Shown piece by piece: positions 18,195-26,989 of a stretch of 64,000 bases of DNA (positions within the stretch are counted from its first letter, which is position 1; every line of letters begins with the position of its first letter). Under the pieces are notes generated by a model. That model saw only the letters and a program-made list of their open reading frames with translations. It did no database searches and was not told where the DNA came from. This DNA is from a virus: IMG/VR virus record IMGVR_UViG_3300006841_000093, positions 32,001-96,000 of that record; one strand, given 5' to 3'. Position numbers and translations under genes: made by a program.

Positions 18195-19229
18195 ATGGAA
18201 AATTACACAAATGGCAGTAGACTGCTACAAAATAAGACTGTACCTATTACAGTTATAGCTGAAAGATTAAATCTCTCACCTAAAAGAAAATCGTTCAATA
18301 AAAACGATTACCTACCAATAACTTACCTCAAAGCAAGTCAACTTAAAGTAGCCACAGATATTCAGAGAATAGTCATAATCTCGATGATTAAAGGGGCTAA
18401 AGTTTTTAATGGTAAATTAGCAAGACCTTTATATGTCTTTAAAAGACCAAATGGTGATTATGTTGTAACAGATGGACAACATACTGCAATTATTGCAATT
18501 TTGTATACTGAGGAACGTGGTGATGTTATATTGCCTTGTCAAATAGATATACATCCCTCACATTATACCATTGAAGAATGTGAAGCGGCGGAAGCCCAAA
18601 AGTTTAGGGAGTTAAACAGTAAACGTAGACAAGCTGGTAAAGTAGATAGACTTAGGGCAGATATTGCAGAAGGACTTGAAGAGGCCTTACAGACTTTATC
18701 AGACCTAGTAGATATGGGTGTCCATGTTGAAAGACTTGGAAACGAAGATGGGCCTGAAGTTCATGGTTATTCTAAGTTAATGGAGGCACATAAAGCCTAT
18801 GGACTTAAAAGTGTTTGTTTAGCAATCGAACTATATCAAAAACTTCAAAACGATTCCAAATTTAGGAAGTGGAATAATATTGAAAAACCCCTTAATGGTG
18901 GTTTAATTGGTGGACTGGCAGCAGTTTACTATTTTATCAGAGAATATCTTGGAGAAGGTGATAAAAGGTTCGCTCTTGAAACTTTTTTAGATGATTATCT
19001 GGGTAAATTCAAACCAAAAGATTTGTTAGAGGGTACAGCAGGTGTTTCACAAGCTGTTCTTATTGCCCGAAAAATTATTATTAGTTGCAATACCCAAATA
19101 GATCTAGAACATATAACAAAGAAAAATGGTAATGTTCTAGAAGTAAATATTGGAGAAGAACTTTTGTCTCAAGCTGGATTGGGTGATCCTAGTAAAATGA
19201 AAAGGGAATTGACCAACTCCAGAACCTGA
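18195..19229 (+). CDS. ParB/Srx-like domain protein
   Basis: ATG at 18195 after GGAG; DIQR and YVVTDGQHT (DGQHR-like) motifs. Confidence 0.55.
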   Translation: MENYTNGSRLLQNKTVPITVIAERLNLSPKRKSFNKNDYLPITYLKASQLKVATDIQRIVIISMIKGAKVFNGKLARPLYVFKRPNGDYVVTDGQHTAIIAILYTEERGDVILPCQIDIHPSHYTIEECEAAEAQKFRELNSKRRQAGKVDRLRADIAEGLEEALQTLSDLVDMGVHVERLGNEDGPEVHGYSKLMEAHKAYGLKSVCLAIELYQKLQNDSKFRKWNNIEKPLNGGLIGGLAAVYYFIREYLGEGDKRFALETFLDDYLGKFKPKDLLEGTAGVSQAVLIARKIIISCNTQIDLEHITKKNGNVLEVNIGEELLSQAGLGDPSKMKRELTNSRT

Positions 19230-19238
19230 AAATATTAA

Positions 19239-20675
19239 ATGTGTGGATTCGTAGCTGGAAATATTTTTAAAGATACAAAACACTTTCATGCCGCGTTGAG
19301 TCTTATTGATCATCGCGGTAGAGATTATAAAGGTGTTAATTATTGTATTAAAACAAATACTTACTTAGGTCATAATAGACTTTCTATTCAGGGGTTGACT
19401 GAGGAATCTAATCAACCTATGATTAAAGATAATTATACATTAGTTTATAATGGTGAATTATGGCACAGTATGAATCCACATAAAGAAAAATTCAATTTAC
19501 AGACTAGTAGTGATACAGAGTTGTTACTCAATATGTTTCACTTAGACCAACAAGATTGTATCAAAACACTTGATGGTATGTTTGGGTTTGCGGTCTTGGA
19601 TAATAAAAGAAATTACTTGACCTTTGCTAGAGATTTTATGGGTAGAATTCCCTTGTACTTTTTCAAGAGAGGTAAAGAAATTATCGTAGCAAGTGAACTA
19701 AAAGCAATTACAAACTCATTGAACATTAATGCTTCTGATGTAGTATTAGCAGATCCAGGTTGTTACTATCAATTTGATTATGTAACAGGAGAATTGACAA
19801 AGAGAACATATTATGAATTTCCTGCAATGGATGATATTGAAGATATGTCAGAAGAAGAAGTGATGGATGGTATACGTAATTTATTAACTGAAGGTGTACA
19901 TAATGAGTTAATAAGTGATGTACCTGTTTGTACAATTTTGTCAGGCGGAGTAGATTCTACTGTCGTTACATATCTACTCAAACAAAAAATTCCAGATCTA
20001 CAAGCATTTGTAGTGAGTATGGGTGATACTGGAAAGAAAGATGATTTGTACTATGCAAGAATGGCGGCTAAAGAAATTGGTGTTCCACTCCATGAAGTTA
20101 TTATTGATGAGGAGTGGGTAGAACAAAATTTAACTGAAGCAGTCTATGCAGTCGAAGATTTTAGTTGGACACAAGTTTCTCCGGCGGTTGCTCAATTAGC
20201 ACTTTCCAAAAGAATTCATGATGAAGGGTTTAAGGTCGTCTTTGGTGGAGAAGGTAGTGATGAATTGTTTGCTTCCTATGGACATGTATTTGCGTGGAAC
20301 TATGAAGATAAAGATTACATCAAAGAACGATATAAGCTGGTAGTAAATCTCCACAAAAACAATTTAATACGAACCAACAAAGCAATGATGTATGGTGGAA
20401 CAGTAGAATTAAGAACACCATTTCTTCACAAAGATTTGGTCGAATTTTGTTTGAGAATTCCCCCGAAGTATAAGCAAACAGCCGATAGAGTGTGGAAACC
20501 AATGTTAAGAAAAGCTTTTTCTGGCAAACTTTCAGATGAATTATTATTCAGACCAAAAAAGACTTTTCAAGATGGTTGTCACACTATCTACCTCAAGAAT
20601 CATAAGGAAAGAATTAAAGAAACGTATTTGACGCATTATGGTCAAAAAAATCCATTAGAGAGTTTTTTCGGATGA
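19239..20675 (+). CDS. asnB: AsnB-family glutamine amidotransferase / ATP pyrophosphatase
   Basis: Cys1 Ntn domain (MCGF, HRGRD, GHNRLSI, NGE, SDTE), SGGVDS PP-loop, GEGSDELF and RTPFL; ends NPLESFFG. Confidence 0.85.
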   Translation: MCGFVAGNIFKDTKHFHAALSLIDHRGRDYKGVNYCIKTNTYLGHNRLSIQGLTEESNQPMIKDNYTLVYNGELWHSMNPHKEKFNLQTSSDTELLLNMFHLDQQDCIKTLDGMFGFAVLDNKRNYLTFARDFMGRIPLYFFKRGKEIIVASELKAITNSLNINASDVVLADPGCYYQFDYVTGELTKRTYYEFPAMDDIEDMSEEEVMDGIRNLLTEGVHNELISDVPVCTILSGGVDSTVVTYLLKQKIPDLQAFVVSMGDTGKKDDLYYARMAAKEIGVPLHEVIIDEEWVEQNLTEAVYAVEDFSWTQVSPAVAQLALSKRIHDEGFKVVFGGEGSDELFASYGHVFAWNYEDKDYIKERYKLVVNLHKNNLIRTNKAMMYGGTVELRTPFLHKDLVEFCLRIPPKYKQTADRVWKPMLRKAFSGKLSDELLFRPKKTFQDGCHTIYLKNHKERIKETYLTHYGQKNPLESFFG

Positions 20676-21772
20676 AATTATATAATGAAGATTGCATGAA
20701 ACAAATGCAAGAGATGATTGATGATGGAATTCAAGTTGATTCTGTTGTTACAGATCCCCCATACGGTATTCATTTTATGGGTAAGGATTGGGATAAATTT
20801 AAAGGTACTAAAGTTACCAAGAGTCAAGTAGTTACAAATTTGGGAGCAGGAATGAGAATGACTACTCACAAAGAAAATATGGATTTTCAGAAATGGTGTA
20901 ACGAATGGGCAATTTTGTGTTTAGAGTTATTAAAGCCAGGTGGTTATATTTTAGCATTTAGTTCTTCAAGGACTTATCATCATTTGGCTTGTGGTATTGA
21001 ATCAGCAGGATTTGAAGTACGAGATCAACTTATGTGGTTGTATGGTTCAGGATTTCCAAAGAGTATGAATATCGGAAAAGGTTGGGGAACTGCACTCAAA
21101 CCAGCACACGAACCTGTTGTTATGGCGAGGAAACCAGTTGAAGGAACTGTCGCAGATAATGTTTTGAAACATGGAACAGGTGGTATCAATATTGATGATT
21201 GTAGAATAGATTTATCTGAAGGTGATGATCCAAGATTGGGCGGTAAAGGAACTTGGAAAACTGATAAGATGGCAAAAGATGTTTATGTTGGTGGATATGC
21301 AGGAGAAGATCAAGGATCAAGTGAGTTGGGTAGATTTCCAGCAAATGTGATGCACGATGGTTTAGAACAAGAGTGGGCACGATTCTTCTATTGTCCAAAA
21401 GTTTCTAGAAATGAAAGGAACGGGGGATTGGAAAATATGGAAGAAAAGATACACAATACAGAAGATTGTACTAATTTACCATCTATAAGAACTAATAGTG
21501 TAAATACTTCTAGTGGGAAACAAAGAACAGTCAATCCTACCAAAAATAATCATCCAACAGTCAAACCGATTGAGTTGATGAAATACCTTTGTCGCCTTGT
21601 AACTCCAAAAGGTGGAATTGTTCTTGATCCATTTATGGGTTCAGGTTCTACTGGAATGGCTGCGAAGGATGAAGGATTTGATTTTGTGGGAATTGAACGG
21701 GAGAAGGAATATTTTGAGATTGCAGAAGCACGTATCAATGCTTCTTCACCTTTATTGGATTTTTTTGAATAA
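20672..21772 (+). CDS. Beta-class DNA methyltransferase
   Basis: TDPPY, GSGFPK, HPTVKP and DPFMGSGST; ends SPLLDFFE. Confidence 0.9.
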   Translation: MKLYNEDCMKQMQEMIDDGIQVDSVVTDPPYGIHFMGKDWDKFKGTKVTKSQVVTNLGAGMRMTTHKENMDFQKWCNEWAILCLELLKPGGYILAFSSSRTYHHLACGIESAGFEVRDQLMWLYGSGFPKSMNIGKGWGTALKPAHEPVVMARKPVEGTVADNVLKHGTGGINIDDCRIDLSEGDDPRLGGKGTWKTDKMAKDVYVGGYAGEDQGSSELGRFPANVMHDGLEQEWARFFYCPKVSRNERNGGLENMEEKIHNTEDCTNLPSIRTNSVNTSSGKQRTVNPTKNNHPTVKPIELMKYLCRLVTPKGGIVLDPFMGSGSTGMAAKDEGFDFVGIEREKEYFEIAEARINASSPLLDFFE

Positions 21773-21822
21773 ACACTTGACTTTTTCATCAAAACCGTGG
21801 TATAATATAACTGAACAATGAG
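21770..21822 (+). promoter_or_regulatory. Conserved phage early promoter cassette, copy 3
   Basis: TAAACACTTGACT-N18-TATAAT-ATAACTGAACAATGAG. Confidence 0.75.
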
Positions 21823-21833
21823 TAATAACCTTA

Positions 21834-22103
21834 ATGAGAGAGAATATGTTTGAGTTCAGAGCGGGTAGAAAACGAGTCGTAAAAACAGTTGAAACTGTAG
21901 ATGAAGCTAACAAATTGATGAGAGCAATGATTGCGATTCGCAATAACGATTCCCTTTGGGAAAATATTAATGTGAAAACTGGACATCTCCGTGCAGTTGA
22001 TGAATTGGAAAAGTTAGTCGGCACTATCTTTGATGTGTTTGATACTATGTCCATTTATGTAAATGGTAAATCTGTAAGGAAAATTTGGGCGAGGGGTTTC
22101 TAA
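21834..22103 (+). CDS. Hypothetical early protein (start may be 21846)
   Basis: First ORF after the conserved promoter. Confidence 0.55.
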   Translation: MRENMFEFRAGRKRVVKTVETVDEANKLMRAMIAIRNNDSLWENINVKTGHLRAVDELEKLVGTIFDVFDTMSIYVNGKSVRKIWARGF

Positions 22104-22654
22104 TGAGAGACTTTAGTATTGTAGAAACTGCTTCTAGGGCAGAAATGAAAGAAATTTTATTTTATGTTTTGAAGTGGTTTAAGAAAAAAACACTTGGTAA
22201 TCCATTTAATTATAATCGAGCATTTGAGTGGTTACAGGCTGAAATTCTTGGTTTTGAATTAGAGAAAGTAGGTGGTGGTTCTGATGGAAAAGATAAAGAT
22301 GGTGTAACAGCGGAGTTTAAAGCTTCTGCTTGGAAAGGTCTTGGCGCGAAGGGTCAAGAATTGACAAACTCTTTTACATACAATGGAACAAGTCGATATG
22401 AAGATTGGAATGAACAAGAAGATTATTGTCTGAAAAAGATTTTTCGTGATCCTTTTCATTTTTGGTCTATCATCAATTATGAGGAAGGGAAATTCGTAAA
22501 AACATTTAAAGTTCCTGCAGAAACAGTTTGTAATTTACTTATGCCTAAATGGACAAATAGTTGGAAAAATCCTAGTAAAAAAGATCCGAGAATAGGTGGT
22601 TCAGTTTCAACTAAAGATTTAGCAGGAGAAAATTTTGAAATCATCAATCACTAA
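22103..22654 (+). CDS. Putative PD-(D/E)xK restriction-endonuclease-like protein
   Basis: GSDGKDKDGVTAEFKAS fits D-x(n)-E-x-K; overlaps a methyltransferase gene. ORF track start is 22085; 22103 is the TAATG-coupled ATG. Confidence 0.5.
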   Translation: MRDFSIVETASRAEMKEILFYVLKWFKKKTLGNPFNYNRAFEWLQAEILGFELEKVGGGSDGKDKDGVTAEFKASAWKGLGAKGQELTNSFTYNGTSRYEDWNEQEDYCLKKIFRDPFHFWSIINYEEGKFVKTFKVPAETVCNLLMPKWTNSWKNPSKKDPRIGGSVSTKDLAGENFEIINH

Positions 22655-23363
22655 ACAAACAGATTTAGAATTACTTTCTACGATTAAAAATAATTCTGTT
22701 GATCTGGTTCTTACAGATCCACCGTATATTATCTCTAGAAAATCTGGGATGCAATCCTATAAAAATAGTTTAGAGAAGGGTGGAAAGGTAGATGAAAAAT
22801 TTGGAAAGAAATATGCTATAACTACTGAATTTGGTGAGTGGGATAATTCTTACACTATAGATGATTTAGAAAAAGCGATAAATGAATTTTATAGAATACT
22901 AAAATCTGGTGGTTCATGTATTATATTTTTTGATATATGGAAAATAGAAACTCTGTCAAAGTTGTTAAGTAAATTTTCCAAACATAGATTTATTGAATGG
23001 GTTAAATCAAATCCAATGCCAGTCAATCAATATGCAACATATCTATCAAATGCAAGAGAGATAGCTATTAGTTGTGTAAAAGGTGGTAAGGCAACATTTA
23101 ACAGTAAATATGATAATGGAATTTATGATTATCCAATATATGGCGGAAAAGATAGATTTCATCCTACTCAAAAATCTTTACCGATGTTTGAGGAATTAAT
23201 TAAAAAACATTCTAATGAAGGAGATACAGTAGTTGATCCTTATGCCGGAAGTGGTACTACTGCGGTAGCCGCTATAAACACAAATAGAAATTATTTGTGC
23301 TGTGAACCCTCTGATGAATATTTTGAGAAGGGGAAAAAAAGATGTGAAGATGCAAAAGCATAA
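22635..23363 (+). CDS. Beta-class DNA methyltransferase
   Basis: LTDPPY, FHPTQK and DPYAGSGTT. Confidence 0.9.
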   Translation: MKSSITKQTDLELLSTIKNNSVDLVLTDPPYIISRKSGMQSYKNSLEKGGKVDEKFGKKYAITTEFGEWDNSYTIDDLEKAINEFYRILKSGGSCIIFFDIWKIETLSKLLSKFSKHRFIEWVKSNPMPVNQYATYLSNAREIAISCVKGGKATFNSKYDNGIYDYPIYGGKDRFHPTQKSLPMFEELIKKHSNEGDTVVDPYAGSGTTAVAAINTNRNYLCCEPSDEYFEKGKKRCEDAKA

Positions 23364-23371
23364 ATAATTTT

Positions 23372-24472
23372 ATGGAATTACAGCAGTTTAAAGAAGTTAG
23401 TCAATTATTCATGGATTATGATGGAGAAGTTCAGATTAATCCATTTGCAAAGGTTCATTGGGGTACTGTTCAAGAGAATCACCTCAATGGAAAACTGTTT
23501 GTTGACAATGATAAAAACTATGGTATAATAGGTAGTGAGGCTAAAACAAGTAGAGAAGTAAAAGATTTTTCTAATCAAGTTGTTGGTCAAATTAAAGTAG
23601 GAGATATCTGTATCAAGAGATTTTTCTACAAAGAAGGATATAGAGAAAATGTAGTAAATCATATTTCGAAAATGAGAGAATCAACATTCGGAGATCGTGA
23701 TTTATGGTTTACTCATATTAATATGGAACATGAAGGAGATAAAGCGGTTGCTAAAGAATTTAATGCAACTTGGTTATCTTCAAGAATAGACGCGGTAGCA
23801 GCAGAAGTTAGAGGAGTATATTATTCTGGAGAACAAAAACAAATAGGATTAGGAAAACATGAAAATATTCCTTGTTGTAGATTAGATTATCCATATATTG
23901 AAGGATTAGATGAATTTTCAGAAGAATTAGATGAATACGTGAAAGATGGATGGGGAATAGCAGATCATCAAAAATCTTATGGTGGTAAAGATAAAACGTG
24001 GACATCTATCGAAATAATACCATTAATAGTTACTTATGGTACTAAAAAAGCAAAACAAGGTCTTAGGGGCGATTTAAACGAAGAATATATTAAGAGATTT
24101 CCTATTATTGAGAATATTATCAATCAGATAACCACTTTTGATGACTGTTTGTGGTTAGCAGTTGCTAAAGTATCTCCAAAAGGTGGTAATATATCAAGAC
24201 ATAGTGATAAAGGTATCGACAAAATGAATGCCGGAATACAGATTGGTAAAACGGCAAGAATACATTATGTGATGAAATCTAATCCTGAAACATATTTTCA
24301 ATTACAAGACCTTCAGGGAAAGACTCATAAATATTCTATGAAACAAGGTGAATATTGGTATATGGATAAGAGAAAACCCCACTCCGTATACAATAAAGGT
24401 GATACATTTAGGTATCACATGATTTTTGATATGAAAGTAACACAAGATTTATGGGACCATTTGATTTTATAA
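23372..24472 (+). CDS. Fusion of an N-terminal GNAT-like domain and a C-terminal Asp/Asn beta-hydroxylase-like 2OG-Fe(II) domain
   Basis: C-terminal ISRHSD...RIH...GEYWYMDKRKPHSVYN...RYHMIFD; N-terminal beta/alpha pattern like acetyltransferases (weaker). Confidence 0.6.
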   Translation: MELQQFKEVSQLFMDYDGEVQINPFAKVHWGTVQENHLNGKLFVDNDKNYGIIGSEAKTSREVKDFSNQVVGQIKVGDICIKRFFYKEGYRENVVNHISKMRESTFGDRDLWFTHINMEHEGDKAVAKEFNATWLSSRIDAVAAEVRGVYYSGEQKQIGLGKHENIPCCRLDYPYIEGLDEFSEELDEYVKDGWGIADHQKSYGGKDKTWTSIEIIPLIVTYGTKKAKQGLRGDLNEEYIKRFPIIENIINQITTFDDCLWLAVAKVSPKGGNISRHSDKGIDKMNAGIQIGKTARIHYVMKSNPETYFQLQDLQGKTHKYSMKQGEYWYMDKRKPHSVYNKGDTFRYHMIFDMKVTQDLWDHLIL

Positions 24473-24855
24473 AAGCAATCAATACACATAAAAATATCAT
24501 GAAAGATGGTGATCCATTGGCTGAAAAGGATTATGTACCTTTTCTTGTTAATCGTGGTTTATCGTTTTTTCAAGATACTGTTATACAAGTCAATGAAATG
24601 AATAGGTTACATTTTATTGACCACAAGCTCCAATTCGATTATTTGCTAAATAACATTAGACCAAGAAAGAGATGGTCTAAGTGGTTGAAACCAGACAAAA
24701 TTGATAATCTAGAACTAGTCAAAGAGTATTTTGGTTTCGGTAATGAAAAAGCAAAGGATGCTCTTGAAATCCTTTCTAGTGAGGATATCGAAGAGATTAA
24801 GAGAAAACTTGCAAAAGGTGGAATGGAGAAAAATAATGACAGTAAACATAGATGA
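24451..24855 (+). CDS. gp62: Clamp loader small subunit
   Basis: PFDFIKAIN, YVPFLVNRGLS, NEMN, QFDYLLNNIRPRKR and KEYFG..NEKA. Confidence 0.9.
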   Translation: MGPFDFIKAINTHKNIMKDGDPLAEKDYVPFLVNRGLSFFQDTVIQVNEMNRLHFIDHKLQFDYLLNNIRPRKRWSKWLKPDKIDNLELVKEYFGFGNEKAKDALEILSSEDIEEIKRKLAKGGMEKNNDSKHR

Positions 24856-25270
24856 GATGGTGGAATGTACATTAACAGAACCTGATGATTTTTTAAAAAT
24901 TAGAGAGACATTGACTAGAATTGGAGTAGCATCCAGAAAAGATAAAACTCTGTATCAATCATGTCATATATTACATAAACAAGGAAGATATTTTATTGTA
25001 CACTTTAAAGAATTATTTGCACTTGATGGTAAACCAACCAATTTTTCAGAAAATGATCAAGCGAGAAGAAACACAATAGCAAACTTATTAGCAGAATGGG
25101 GATTAATTAAATTAGTAAATCCTGATCAATCTTCTGCATTAGTTGTCCCGTTAAATCAATTAAAAATTCTAGCATATAAAGAAAAAGATGAATGGGCATT
25201 AACCGCAAAATACAATATTGGAAGTAAGAAAGTAAATTATGAGTACGGCGAAGAAGAAGGTGGTAACTAA
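24836..25270 (+). CDS. regA: Translational repressor RegA
   Basis: PDDFLKIRETLTRIGVAS, LYQSCHILHKQGRYFIVHFKELF; ATG at 24836. Confidence 0.95.
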   Translation: MTVNIDEMVECTLTEPDDFLKIRETLTRIGVASRKDKTLYQSCHILHKQGRYFIVHFKELFALDGKPTNFSENDQARRNTIANLLAEWGLIKLVNPDQSSALVVPLNQLKILAYKEKDEWALTAKYNIGSKKVNYEYGEEEGGN

Positions 25271-25823
25271 AACAGAGTCATCACCAACAACCAATACAAG
25301 TACATCTTTAAAATTTTACAGATTGAACGAACAAGCCATATTACCAACATTTGCAACAAAACAATCAGCTTGTTTTGATTTATATGCAAATTTGATAAAT
25401 GGTGAGGAAGTTCAGTATTATCAGGCAATAGCTACTAAAGTACTACCCAGAAAAGTTTCATTTGATATAAATAGTAATAGATCATTTATACCAATCAATA
25501 ATGAAGAAAGAATGTTGATCCCTCTAGGGCTTATCGCAGATATACCAGAGGGATTTTCTGTTAGATTACATTCGAGATCTGGTATGGCATTTAAACAGGG
25601 AGTTTATCTTACAAATTGTGAAGGGATTATCGATAGTGATTATGTTGATCCAATGTTTGCAATGGTTACGAATATGAGTAATGTACCCGTAAAGATTTAT
25701 GATGGAGACAGGATATGCCAAGGAGAACTAGTTCGATGTGAAAAATATACATTGGATGAGTCTGATGAAGCACCAACTCAAAAAACAGATAGAGAAGGTG
25801 GATTTGGTTCAACTGGTACGTAA
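25239..25823 (+). CDS. dut: dUTPase (trimeric)
   Basis: ACFDL, RSGMA, GIIDSDY, GDRICQG and REGGFGSTG. Confidence 0.95.
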   Translation: MSTAKKKVVTKTESSPTTNTSTSLKFYRLNEQAILPTFATKQSACFDLYANLINGEEVQYYQAIATKVLPRKVSFDINSNRSFIPINNEERMLIPLGLIADIPEGFSVRLHSRSGMAFKQGVYLTNCEGIIDSDYVDPMFAMVTNMSNVPVKIYDGDRICQGELVRCEKYTLDESDEAPTQKTDREGGFGSTGT

Positions 25824-25865
25824 ATAACTACCAGTTAGTCTTTAACTTAATTTAACGGAGTTTAT

Positions 25866-26096
25866 ATGTTAGATAAAGCAGTCGGATGGATGCGCAGCCT
25901 TACCGAAGCCGGAATTGCATTAATCGCTCTTGGAGTGGTTTTACAAATAATCTGGCCAGGAGCCGCAGCGATTCCATTTATTGGAATAGACATTGTAGGA
26001 AACGTTCTTGCCCTAGTTGCAAAACTTGGTGGAGAAGGTCTTGTAGGTCTAGTTGCGTTATGGGTTCTTTGGGGCATCTATAGTAGAGGTCAGTAA
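25866..26096 (+). CDS. Small membrane protein
   Basis: RBS GGAG; Gly-rich hydrophobic helices. Confidence 0.65.
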   Translation: MLDKAVGWMRSLTEAGIALIALGVVLQIIWPGAAAIPFIGIDIVGNVLALVAKLGGEGLVGLVALWVLWGIYSRGQ

Positions 26097-26102
26097 AGGA
26101 TC

Positions 26103-26130
26103 TTGACAAATCCAAATTCCATGATATAAT
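26103..26130 (+). promoter_or_regulatory. Sigma70-like promoter
   Basis: TTGACA-N16-TATAAT. Confidence 0.6.
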
Positions 26131-26166
26131 AAACCTAAGTGAATTTTATATTATGGAAGTAGAACT

Positions 26167-26201
26167 GAAGGGGTACAAACTACTGTTTGGCCCCTTCTTT
26201 T
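26167..26201 (+). terminator. Rho-independent terminator or attenuator-like hairpin
   Basis: GAAGGGG..CAAAC-TACT-GTTTG..CCCCTTC followed by TTTT. Confidence 0.55.
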
Positions 26202-26345
26202 AATTACAAATAATGATGAAAACAAAATTTAAGTTAGTAGTAAAAGACTCTGGTGAATATACAGCAGATTCGTTTAGTGAACTAATTTGGATAGTTATAA
26301 AACACAGATTTGGACACTTCTTCAAAGGAGAAGGGTTCATTGACT

Positions 26346-26438
26346 GAGGTTGTCCATAGTGGAAACCTCTTTTACACAACGATTGCTCAAGCGAAAGAGA
26401 ATCGTTATTTTATTAACCTCGCTTTATAAGGAGGAATT
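26346..26438 (+). promoter_or_regulatory. ROSE-like RNA thermometer in the hsp20 5' UTR
   Basis: Three hairpins; the last, CCUC-G-CUU-UAU-AAGGAGG, pairs the SD with a bulged G (U(U/C)GCU signature). Confidence 0.65.
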
Positions 26439-26915
26439 ATGGTACTTCGCGCAGCACACACCCCTTTAAATTTTGGTGATTTAGAAAAAGTTCTAGGATT
26501 TTCCGTAGGATTTGATTCAATGTTTGATCGTTGGGAATCGGTTTTTGATTTCAATACGGCGAACAATACAAATTATCCCCCATACAACATTCGGAGAGAA
26601 GGAGATGAAAAATATTTCATCGAACTTGCGATTGCTGGTCTAAATGAAGATGATTTGGAAGTTTCATTACAGAGTCAAGTTCTTAATATTCGTTCTAAGA
26701 AGGAATCGGATCAGGAACCAGAAGATAATTATGTACATCGTGGAATTGCTAAAAGGCAATTTGAAAGAGAATTTACATTATCTGATGACATTGTAGTTAA
26801 GGGTTGTGATTTAACGAATGGAATGTTAACCATTGAACTTGAAAGAATAATTCCAGAGGAAAAACGAGCACGTTTAATTCCTATTGGAAAAAATAAAGTC
26901 AAGTCGATTAACTAA
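26439..26915 (+). CDS. hsp20: Small heat shock protein Hsp20
   Basis: NYPPYNI, IELAIAG, VHRGIAKRQFEREF and NGMLTIEL. Confidence 0.95.
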   Translation: MVLRAAHTPLNFGDLEKVLGFSVGFDSMFDRWESVFDFNTANNTNYPPYNIRREGDEKYFIELAIAGLNEDDLEVSLQSQVLNIRSKKESDQEPEDNYVHRGIAKRQFEREFTLSDDIVVKGCDLTNGMLTIELERIIPEEKRARLIPIGKNKVKSIN

Positions 26916-26923
26916 TTCGATGC

Positions 26924-26957
26924 GCCCATCAATACTTTTGTATTGGTGGGCTTTTTT
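26924..26957 (+). terminator. Rho-independent terminator
   Basis: GCCCATCAATAC-TTTT-GTATTGGTGGGC followed by T6. Confidence 0.85.
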
Positions 26958-26989
26958 GTTATCTAAATATTAGAAAAAAAGGAGAAAAT

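Noticed and set aside
13789-24472. 7-deazaguanine or hmC/hmU hypermodification pathway
   Set aside because: No DpdA, FolE, QueC/D/E or hydroxymethylase motifs are recognisable in this window.
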